A DNA stretch of 64,000 bases from Planctomycetota bacterium (GTDB lineage: Bacteria > Planctomycetota > UBA1135 > UBA2386), in NCBI GenBank assembly GCA_965223545.1, contig OZ245006.1, positions 2,208,001 through 2,272,000 of the forward strand, given 5' to 3'. The notes under the pieces were generated by a model. That model saw only the letters and a program-made list of their open reading frames with translations, was not told the DNA's origin and did not search any database. Made by a program: the position numbers and the translations under genes. Positions 47,374 to 55,460 of this stretch are shown here, piece after piece (position 1 is the first letter of the stretch; each line of letters starts with the position of its first letter).

Positions 47374-49406
47374 TTGCGCCTGGCATGGGCGCAGAGTTGA
47401 AGATGAAAGTTCTTTATGGATCCGTACTGGAGGAAACCATGAGTCGAAGGCAGCTGCACGAGGCAGAAAGGGGAGCCGTGTGCCGTCCGAGAGGGCGGTG
47501 CGCGGTGTTGATCCGGGATGCCAGAACAGGACGGACACCGTGCCGTGCTGTTCCCGCGAGGTCGTGTGGGATGGAAGCCCTAGACGCAGCGCAGCACCGA
47601 GCGAAAGCGAAGTTCCGTAAGGCTCTCGAGGTCTGGGTCAGCGTGCCATCCAACGTGACGCCCGATATCCAGTCGCGACCTCGGAGTACTGGAACCGGCG
47701 GCGGCGCGAAACTCTGCGTTCTTACCCAGGGAGATCTCTGTGTGTCCGCTTCGAGCGGTAGGTGGGGAGGAGGCAACGACGACCCACCAAGGCATGCAGA
47801 GAAGTCGGATCACCCCGTAGTAGTGATGAAGCCGGGTAATGCCGGTGGAGCGAAGGGGGTGACAGGATGAGAAAGCCGAAACCACGGCAACTGCAGTTCG
47901 CTTTCGCCGAGAGCCCGCAAGGGGACGGCGTGGCCGGAAGGGCAGACGAATCTGCCACGAAGTCCACGTCGGTGCCTACGACGGATTGCAGCCATCGATC
48001 GGAATCGGCTCCGCCGCCAGCGGACGGCTACTGCCATCTGCTGGAGCTGGTCGCGGAGCAGGGCAACCTGCGAAGCGCACTGGCACATGTCGTAAGCAAG
48101 AAGGGCGCCCCGGGCGTCGACGGACAGACGGTGTCAGAGGTCAAGCGTCATGCGAAACACCTGCTCCCGAAACTCCGCGATGCTCTGCTCATGGAGACCT
48201 ACGCGCCCGGCGATATTCGTCGGGTGTGGATCCCGAAGCCCAGTGGTGGGCAGCGGGGTCTCGGGATTCCAACCGTGATCGACCGCTGGGTCCAACAGGC
48301 CGTGCGCCAGATTCTGGAGCCGATCTACGACCCGACGTTCCACGACAGCAGCCACGGCTTCCGGCCGAGGCGGGGAGCCCACACAGCGATCGCCGAAGCA
48401 GCGGGTTACGTGAAGCAGGGTCGGCGGTACACGGTGGACATCGATTTGGAGAAGTTCTTCGACCGTGTCCATCACCAACGCCTCCTGGACCGGCTGGCTC
48501 AGAAGGTGAAGGACCGTCGGGTGCTGCGGATCATCCGCCTGATGCTGAAAGCGAACGTGGTTCTTCCAGATGGCACCCGCGTCATCACGGAAGAAGGAAC
48601 GCCCCAGGGCGGCCCGCTATCACCTCTGCTGTCCAACATCGTCCTGGACGAACTGGACTGGGAGTTGGAACGACGCGGGTTGCGTTTTGTGCGCTACGCC
48701 GACGACTGCAATATCTACGTCGGTAGCGAGCGCTCAGGACACCGGGTCATGGCTTCGATTCGCAGGTTCATCGAACGTCGCGTGCGACTGAAAGTGAACG
48801 AAGCGAAGAGTTCCGTCGACCTGGCCCATCGCCGGCACTTCCTCGGGTTTCGCGTAGGCGCAACTCGAAAGGGCTGGCTGACGGTGCAGTTGTCCCGTCG
48901 CACTCTGGATCGCATCGACGCCCGAATCCGTGAGCTTACGCCGCGGTCCTGGGGTGGTCGGCTGTCCTGGTGCATCGAACGACTGAACCGTTACCTCCGT
49001 GGTTGGATCGGCTACTTCAAGCTGATCACGAAGGCCGCGTGGCGGACCTTGCGGAATCTCGATGGCCATATTCGACGACGCCTGCGGGCGATCATCATTC
49101 GGCAGAAGAAGAGACCGCGATACCTCTTCCGAGACCTTGTCGCCCGTGGGTGCAGCTGGCAGTCGGCTGCACGCACCGCGTTTGGCCGGCGTGGCACGTG
49201 GTGGCAGAGCAACTCGGGAGCGATCAAACGCGCTTATCCCAATCAGTGGTTTGCTGAGCGGCTGGTGTCGCTTTCCAAGCTCTGGGACGAGCGCCGCTAC
49301 GACTGGCGGCCCCTTTGGGGGATACCGTCCTGAAGAGCCGGATGTGTGACCCACAAGTCCGGTTCTGTGAGAGCTGCGGGGGGGCAACCCCCCGCGGCTA
49401 CTCGGC
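47374..49406 (+). mobile_element. Group II intron, class C (IIC)-like, copy 1 (2033 nt)
   Basis: 5' TTGCGCCTGGCATGGGCGCAG; domain V GAGCCGGATGTG..CACAAGTCCGGTTC; domain VI ending CTACTCGGC; boundaries fixed by the empty site GGTGATG^GTGCTG at 49663/49664. Confidence 0.93.
47867..49333 (+). CDS. ltrA: Group II intron reverse transcriptase/maturase without endonuclease domain
   Basis: GAPGVDG, RGLGIPTVIDR, SHGFRP, DLEKFFD, GTPQGGPLSPLLSNI, RYADD, RGWIGYF; no HNH. Confidence 0.96.
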   Translation: MRKPKPRQLQFAFAESPQGDGVAGRADESATKSTSVPTTDCSHRSESAPPPADGYCHLLELVAEQGNLRSALAHVVSKKGAPGVDGQTVSEVKRHAKHLLPKLRDALLMETYAPGDIRRVWIPKPSGGQRGLGIPTVIDRWVQQAVRQILEPIYDPTFHDSSHGFRPRRGAHTAIAEAAGYVKQGRRYTVDIDLEKFFDRVHHQRLLDRLAQKVKDRRVLRIIRLMLKANVVLPDGTRVITEEGTPQGGPLSPLLSNIVLDELDWELERRGLRFVRYADDCNIYVGSERSGHRVMASIRRFIERRVRLKVNEAKSSVDLAHRRHFLGFRVGATRKGWLTVQLSRRTLDRIDARIRELTPRSWGGRLSWCIERLNRYLRGWIGYFKLITKAAWRTLRNLDGHIRRRLRAIIIRQKKRPRYLFRDLVARGCSWQSAARTAFGRRGTWWQSNSGAIKRAYPNQWFAERLVSLSKLWDERRYDWRPLWGIPS

Positions 49407-49781
49407 GTGCTGAGGCGAGCCTTCAGCTCTGGAGTCGAGGTGGTGGGAGCCCTGGGGCGTGCCGCATGCGCGCTCCCTCGGCCTCTGGATCGAGAGCTGC
49501 GGGCGGCGGTCCCGGTCGCGTTGCGTGGCTGCGCCGTTGGATAGAAGGTCGCGCATCAAGATCGCGCGGTTTGTCGCGGAGTGATGCGCACTCGCCTCAG
49601 CTCCGTCACCGTCGGCAGCGGTCGCACCCCGTGCCTCGTCCTGGACCGCTGTCGGCGGTGATGGTGCTGAGGCGAGCCTTCAGCTCTGGAGCTCGAGGTG
49701 GTGGGAGCCCTGGGGCGTGCCGCGTGCGCGCTCCCTCGGCCTCTGGATCGAGAGCTGCGGGGCCGCCCGCAACTCCGCCAC

Positions 49782-51814
49782 GCCGAGTAGCCGCGGGGGG
49801 TTGCCCCCCCGCAGCTCTCACAGAACCGGACTTGTGGGTCACACATCCGGCTCTTCAGGACGGTATCCCCCAAAGGGGCCGCCAGTCGTAACGGCGCTCG
49901 TCCCAGAGCTTGGAAAGCGACACCAGCCGCTCAGCAAACCACTGATTGGGATAAGCGCGTTTGATCGCTCCCGAGTTGCTCTGCCACCACGTGCCACGCC
50001 GGCCAAACGCGGTGCGTGCAGCCGACTGCCAGCTGCACCCACGGGCGACAAGGTCTCGGAAGAGGTATCGCGGTCTCTTCTTCTGCCGAATGATGATCGC
50101 CCGCAGGCGTCGTCGAATATGGCCATCGAGATTCCGCAAGGTCCGCCACGCGGCCTTCGTGATCAGCTTGAAGTAGCCGATCCAACCACGGAGGTAACGG
50201 TTCAGTCGTTCGATGCACCAGGACAGCCGACCACCCCAGGACCGCGGCGTAAGCTCACGGATTCGGGCGTCGATGCGATCCAGAGTGCGACGGGACAACT
50301 GCACCGTCAGCCAGCCCTTTCGAGTTGCGCCTACGCGAAACCCGAGGAAGTGCCGGCGATGGGCCAGGTCGACGGAACTCTTCGCTTCGTTCACTTTCAG
50401 TCGCACGCGACGTTCGATGAACCTGCGAATCGAAGCCATGACCCGGTGTCCTGAGCGCTCGCTACCGACGTAGATATTGCAGTCGTCGGCGTAGCGCACA
50501 AAACGCAACCCGCGTCGTTCCAACTCCCAGTCCAGTTCGTCCAGGACGATGTTGGACAGCAGAGGTGATAGCGGGCCGCCCTGGGGCGTTCCTTCTTCCG
50601 TGATGACGCGGGTGCCATCTGGAAGAACCACGTTCGCTTTCAGCATCAGGCGGATGATCCGCAGCACCCGACGGTCCTTCACCTTCTGAGCCAGCCGGTC
50701 CAGGAGGCGTTGGTGATGGACACGGTCGAAGAACTTCTCCAAATCGATGTCCACCGTGTACCGCCGACCCTGCTTCACGTAACCCGCTGCTTCGGCGATC
50801 GCTGTGTGGGCTCCCCGCCTCGGCCGGAAGCCGTGGCTGCTGTCGTGGAACGTCGGGTCGTAGATCGGCTCCAGAATCTGGCGCACGGCCTGTTGGACCC
50901 AGCGGTCGATCACGGTTGGAATCCCGAGACCCCGCTGCCCACCACTGGGCTTCGGGATCCACACCCGACGAATATCGCCGGGCGCGTAGGTCTCCATGAG
51001 CAGAGCATCGCGGAGTTTCGGGAGCAGGTGTTTCGCATGACGCTTGACCTCTGACACCGTCTGTCCGTCGACGCCCGGGGCGCCCTTCTTGCTTACGACA
51101 TGTGCCAGTGCGCTTCGCAGGTTGCCCTGCTCCGCGACCAGCTCCAGCAGATGGCAGTAGCCGTCCGCTGGCGGTGGAGCCGATTCCGATCGATGGCTGC
51201 AATCCGTCGTAGGCACCGACGTGGACTTCGTGGCAGATTCGTCTGCCCTTCCGGCCACGCCGTCCCCTTGCGGGCTCTCGGCGAAAGCGAACTGCAGTTG
51301 CCGTGGTTTCGGCTTTCTCATCCTGTCACCCCCTTCGCTCCACCGGCATTACCCGGCTTCATCACTACTACGGGGTGATCCGACTTCGCTGCATGCCTTG
51401 GTGGGTCGTCGTTGCCTCCTCCCCACCTACCGCTCGAAGCGGACACACAGAGATCTCCCTGGGTAAGAACGCAGAGTTTCGCGCCGCCGCCGGTTCCAGT
51501 ACTCCGAGGTCGCGACTGGATATCGGGCGTCACGTTGGATGGCACGCTGACCCAGACCTCGAGAGCCTTACGGAACTTCGCTTTCGCTCGGTGCTGCGCT
51601 GCGTCTAGGGCTTCCATCCCACACGACCTCGCGGGAACAGCACGGCACGGTGTCCGTCCTGTTCTGGCATCCCGGATCAACACCGCGCACCGCCCTCTCG
51701 GACGGCACACGGCTCCCCTTTCTGCCTCGTGCAGCTGCCTTCGACTCATGGTTTCCTCCAGTACGGATCCATAAAGAACTTTCATCTTCAACTCTGCGCC
51801 CATGCCAGGCGCAA
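49782..51814 (-). mobile_element. Group II intron, class C (IIC)-like, copy 2 (2033 nt, inverted)
   Basis: Reverse complement of copy 1 with about 3 substitutions seen; minus-strand exons GTCGATG^GTGGCGG. Confidence 0.93.
49855..51321 (-). CDS. ltrA: Group II intron reverse transcriptase/maturase (same protein as copy 1)
   Basis: 488-aa translation identical to 47867..49333. Confidence 0.96.
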   Translation of the reverse strand: MRKPKPRQLQFAFAESPQGDGVAGRADESATKSTSVPTTDCSHRSESAPPPADGYCHLLELVAEQGNLRSALAHVVSKKGAPGVDGQTVSEVKRHAKHLLPKLRDALLMETYAPGDIRRVWIPKPSGGQRGLGIPTVIDRWVQQAVRQILEPIYDPTFHDSSHGFRPRRGAHTAIAEAAGYVKQGRRYTVDIDLEKFFDRVHHQRLLDRLAQKVKDRRVLRIIRLMLKANVVLPDGTRVITEEGTPQGGPLSPLLSNIVLDELDWELERRGLRFVRYADDCNIYVGSERSGHRVMASIRRFIERRVRLKVNEAKSSVDLAHRRHFLGFRVGATRKGWLTVQLSRRTLDRIDARIRELTPRSWGGRLSWCIERLNRYLRGWIGYFKLITKAAWRTLRNLDGHIRRRLRAIIIRQKKRPRYLFRDLVARGCSWQSAARTAFGRRGTWWQSNSGAIKRAYPNQWFAERLVSLSKLWDERRYDWRPLWGIPS

Positions 51815-52093
51815 CATCGACGCCGGTCCAAGACGAGGCACAAGGTGCGACCGACGCCGATGGTGACGGAGCTGCGGGCGGCGGTCCTGTTCGTGGTGCG
51901 TAGATGTGCCGCTTGGAGTGAAGGTCGCGGACTCAAGAGAGCGGGTTTCGTCACGGAGTGGTGCGCACTCGCCTCAGTTCTGGAGTCGAGATTGTTGGGA
52001 GCAGGGTAGCGTGCGATTCGCCCGGCCGCTTTCGCAGATTCCTTGTCGGATTCTTGCATGTTGACTTCCACTTGAGTAAGGTTGCTAATTCAA

Positions 52094-52792
52094 ATGACGA
52101 GCAAGGCAGTTGGATCCCGGCGCGGTGGCCGGCGCCGTGGGGTGGTGCAGGGTGAGCTGCCGTTTCGGCAGTGGGGTGGGGCTCGGGAGGGGGCTGGTCG
52201 GCCCAAGGTGAGTGATGAGACGGTGCCGCACTTGGCGCGGGGGGCGTTGGTGGCGCGGTATCCGTTGCACTTGACGGTGCGGTTGTGTCGGGGGTTGCCC
52301 GGTCTGCGGAATGCGCGGACGTACTGGATGTTGGTGGAGCGGATCCGGGCGGGGTGTGGGCGGTTCGGGTTTCGGTTGGTGGAGTTCTCGGTGCAGCGTG
52401 ATCACTTGCACCTCTTGGTCGAGGCGAAGGATCGGGAGGCGTTGACGCGGGGAATGACCGGGCTGTTGGTGCGGATGGCGCGGGGGTTGAACAAGCTGTG
52501 GGGGCGCTCGGGGCGGGTGTTTGCCGAGCGGTTTCACGAGCGGGTGCTGCGCTCGCCGACGGAGGTGCGGCGGGCGTTGGTGTATGTGCTGCAGAATGCT
52601 TGGCACCACCGGCAGCGGCCGCGGCAGCTGATCGACGTCTACTCGTCTGGGCCTTGGTTCGACGGGTGGCGCGAGGGGGTGGAGCTGTCGGAGCCGGTGG
52701 CGCGGCCGACGGTGCGGGCGCGGACCTGGCTGCTGAAGGGCGGGTGGCGGCGGTCGCGGGGGCGGTTGGACTTCCGCGAGCGGCCGGCTTGA
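52094..52792 (+). CDS. Y1/HUH tyrosine transposase (IS200-like TnpA / REP-associated RAYT-like)
   Basis: PLHLTVR, HUH motif DHLHLLVE, VF.ERFH.R.L, catalytic YVLQN; no tnpB follows. Confidence 0.88.
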   Translation: MTSKAVGSRRGGRRRGVVQGELPFRQWGGAREGAGRPKVSDETVPHLARGALVARYPLHLTVRLCRGLPGLRNARTYWMLVERIRAGCGRFGFRLVEFSVQRDHLHLLVEAKDREALTRGMTGLLVRMARGLNKLWGRSGRVFAERFHERVLRSPTEVRRALVYVLQNAWHHRQRPRQLIDVYSSGPWFDGWREGVELSEPVARPTVRARTWLLKGGWRRSRGRLDFRERPA

Positions 52793-52856
52793 GGGCGCGC
52801 GGCGGTGTGGGGCCGCGCGGGGAAGCGAGAAAAACGAGTGCGACTCCGTACTTTCG

Positions 52857-53525
52857 CTAGTCGACCCAGCGGTAGCCGACGCGGTGTACGGTGAGGAGGT
52901 GTGCGGGTTGGGTGGGGTCGCTCTCGATCTTCTTGCGGAGTTGGAAGACGTGGGTGTCGACCGTGCGGGTGGTGGGCATGGCGTGGTGGCCCCAGACTTC
53001 GCGCAGGAGGTCGGCACGGGCGAAGGTGCGGCCGGCGTTGCGCATCAGGAAGCCGAGGAGCTCGGCTTCCTTCGCGGACAGCGCGTGCTCGCGACCGGCG
53101 CGCCGGACGGTGTGGCCGGCGAGGTCGATCTCGGCGCTGCCGGCGGTCACCGGACCGGGCGCGGCACCGGTGCGGCGCAGCACGGCTTCGATGCGGGCTT
53201 CGAGCTCGCGCACGCTGAATGGCTTGACCAAATAGTCGTCCGCCCCGCTGCGCAGGCCGAGCACGCGCTGGTCTTCCTCGCCGCGGGCGGTCAACACCAC
53301 CACCGGCGTCCGGTCACCGCGGCGGCGCAGCGCGCGCAGCACGGTCACTCCGTCGCCGTCGGGTAGCGCCAGATCCAACAGCACGACGGTGTAGGACGCG
53401 GCACCCAGACGCGCTTCGGCCTCGGCCACCGTCGCGGCGGCGTCGACCAGCGCGCCGTGCGCCAAAAAGTAATCGACCAGGCTGTCGCGGATGCCGGCCT
53501 CGTCCTCGACGACCAACAACCGCAT
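52857..53525 (-). CDS. OmpR-family response regulator
   Basis: LLVVEDE, LLDLALPDGDG, GADDYLVKPF, RTVDTHV..LRKK, GYR. Confidence 0.95.
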   Translation of the reverse strand: MRLLVVEDEAGIRDSLVDYFLAHGALVDAAATVAEAEARLGAASYTVVLLDLALPDGDGVTVLRALRRRGDRTPVVVLTARGEEDQRVLGLRSGADDYLVKPFSVRELEARIEAVLRRTGAAPGPVTAGSAEIDLAGHTVRRAGREHALSAKEAELLGFLMRNAGRTFARADLLREVWGHHAMPTTRTVDTHVFQLRKKIESDPTQPAHLLTVHRVGYRWVD

Positions 53526-55294
53526 CACGCACCTCGCTCCGCCGGGAGCCGCAGGGTGAACACCGCACCGCCGCCCTCGCGATCCTCGACCTCGACTTGT
53601 CCACCGTGTTGGCGGGCCGCGCTCTGCACCAAGGCCAACCCCAGACCACTGCCCGAGATCGAGGACGGGGCGGTGCTGCCCCGCTGAAACGGCACGAACA
53701 CACGCTCGCGCTCGCCGGTCGGAATCCCCGGCCCGCGGTCGGCCACCGTCAGCCGCAGCTCGCCATCGCGCAGCTCGGCGCGCACGTCGATCGCGCTGCC
53801 CGCGGGGCAGTACTTGGCGGCGTTCTCGAGCAAATTGCGCAGCGCGCGCGCCAGCACCTCGGCGTCGGCGTGCACGGCGGGAAGGTCGCGCGGAACTTGC
53901 AGCGAAAGCCGCTGCCCGGCGAGGCGCGTGGCGTCGCGCGCGGCGCGCACTCCGCGCGCCACCAGGGTGCGGACCGGCACGGGCTGCGCCGCGGGGACGG
54001 CGATCCGCTCGGCGCGGGCAGCGTCCAGGACGCGTTCGACCAGCGTCGCCAGGCGCTGCACGTCGCCGTGCACGCTGCGGTGGTAGTCGGCCTGCTTGGC
54101 CGGGGACACCACGCCCTGTGCCAGCATCTCGGTGCGCAACGACAGCGCCGCGAGCGGCGTGCGCAGCTCGTGCGAAACCAGGTCGAGCAGCTCGGCGCGG
54201 GCGCGCGACGCGCGCACCTCGCGGCGCACGACCCGCACCAAGAGGCCATTGCCCAGCACGAAGGCCAGGCCCGCCGCCAGCAGCAGTGCGCCCTGCAGCT
54301 GGCCCCACCGTTCGCTCGCCGGGACGCCGTCCGGCCGCACGCCGACAACCCGGTTGCCGGGCTGCACCGCGCGCAACGCGACCGCGCCGGAGGAGCTGTC
54401 GAACGTGAAGCCGAGGTGCTGGGGTGCGACGCCTGCGATGCACTCGCCCCAGACGCGCTCGACGCGCGCCGACGACCACACGTCCCACCGACGGTCCTCG
54501 CGCGGCACGAGCAGGGAGCCGTCGGGCAACATGCGCGGAACCTGCGGCGGCTGAAGCTCGCCGCGGTCGAACGCGCCCGCGACCCGCGCCGCGGCGGCCA
54601 GATCGGCGACGGCGACGGGATCCGGCGGCGGTGCCAGCTCCTCGAGCGCGGCGATGCCGGCGAGTGTGGCCGCCGCACCGAGTCGAAGACGGACCTGCGC
54701 GAGGTCCGTCCACAGCTCTTGGGCTGCGCTGTCATCGCCCGCCGCAGCCGCCCACTCGGCACGCAGCAGCGCCGCCGCGAACTTGGCCGACACCCCAGCC
54801 TCGGTGGCAGGCCGCAAACCACGCAGCGCATCGACGACCGAGTGCGCGCGCTCTCGATCACCGACCTGCCACAGGCACCGCGCCCAGGCGATGTGGCCGC
54901 GCACCCCGAGCCCGTCCTGCGCCACAGCGTGCGCGAAGAACGGCAACGCCGCCGCCGCGTCCTCGACCATCGTCGCCATCGCGATCCGCGCGGCGGCGCC
55001 GTCGGAAGCGGGTGTCGAAACGGCGATGAATGGTGCCCAGGCGCCATCGCCGCGCCGCAGCGCAACTCCCCCACCCTCGCCCACCGACTGCTCCCACCGA
55101 CGCGCCACCGCAGCCACGGCGGACTCGGCGCGCCGGCGCTCGTCGGCGCGTAGCTGTTCGACTTGACCACCGAACGCGGTCCACGCCCACGCGCCGAGGA
55201 TCACCGCGGGCGCTGCCAACACGGCGGCCGCCGCGCGCCAAAGCCGGCGAGGCGCACCCGAGCTGCGCGTGAGTGTCGACGTGGCGTGGGTCAT
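53525..55294 (-). CDS. Membrane sensor histidine kinase
   Basis: Two TM segments; VSHELRTPL, NLLENAAKY, DRGPGIP, GSGLGL. Confidence 0.92.
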   Translation of the reverse strand: MTHATSTLTRSSGAPRRLWRAAAAVLAAPAVILGAWAWTAFGGQVEQLRADERRRAESAVAAVARRWEQSVGEGGGVALRRGDGAWAPFIAVSTPASDGAAARIAMATMVEDAAAALPFFAHAVAQDGLGVRGHIAWARCLWQVGDRERAHSVVDALRGLRPATEAGVSAKFAAALLRAEWAAAAGDDSAAQELWTDLAQVRLRLGAAATLAGIAALEELAPPPDPVAVADLAAAARVAGAFDRGELQPPQVPRMLPDGSLLVPREDRRWDVWSSARVERVWGECIAGVAPQHLGFTFDSSSGAVALRAVQPGNRVVGVRPDGVPASERWGQLQGALLLAAGLAFVLGNGLLVRVVRREVRASRARAELLDLVSHELRTPLAALSLRTEMLAQGVVSPAKQADYHRSVHGDVQRLATLVERVLDAARAERIAVPAAQPVPVRTLVARGVRAARDATRLAGQRLSLQVPRDLPAVHADAEVLARALRNLLENAAKYCPAGSAIDVRAELRDGELRLTVADRGPGIPTGERERVFVPFQRGSTAPSSISGSGLGLALVQSAARQHGGQVEVEDREGGGAVFTLRLPAERGA

Positions 55295-55347
55295 GGGATG
55301 CCGCTTGGGACTACCGGTGCCCATACATATTGCACGGCACCGCGACT

Positions 55348-55404
55348 TTGTCAGGGAGGTGTCAATCCCGGCGGCGAGGAGCGGCCTTGACGCCGCCCTG
55401 ACAA
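55348..55404. promoter_or_regulatory. Paired OmpR-type direct repeats in opposite orientations
   Basis: TGTCA-N6-TGTCA (55349, 55360) and TGACG-N6-TGACA (55388, 55399); both have 11-bp periodicity. Confidence 0.6.
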
Positions 55405-55460
55405 CTCGGCGGCGACACCGGGCGAAAAGAACACCGACGCCACTGAACCCGGAGGCCCAA

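Larger units (their letters stand above)
47136..52003. repeat. Mosaic (BIME-like) array of hairpin modules A, B and X, interrupted by two introns
   Basis: A 47136-47211, 49424-49499, 49681-49757, partial 51975-52003; B 47206-47313, 49494-49603, 51869-51980; X 47308-47373+49407-49412, 49598-49669, inverted 49770-49781+51815-51874; period 257 bp (49424 to 49681). Confidence 0.85.

Noticed and set aside
47867..51321. Retron, DGR or defence reverse transcriptase
   Set aside because: The RT lies inside a recognisable group II intron (5' end, domains V and VI, maturase region); no TR/VR pair or msr-msd was seen.
49782..51814. Second intron as a pure assembly duplication
   Set aside because: It has its own coherent exon flanks that rebuild a diverged X hairpin and carries a few substitutions; read confirmation is still desirable.
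47136..52003. CRISPR array or RT-Cas system
   Set aside because: Units are long hairpin modules with no unique spacers, and there are no cas genes in the window.
47136..52003. Integron attC cassette array
   Set aside because: No tyrosine-recombinase integrase, no cassette ORFs and no RYYYAAC/GTTRRRY core sites bounding the modules.
52094..52856. IS605 element with TnpB or IscB
   Set aside because: No RuvC nuclease ORF follows the TnpA; the convergent response regulator ends 65 bp away.
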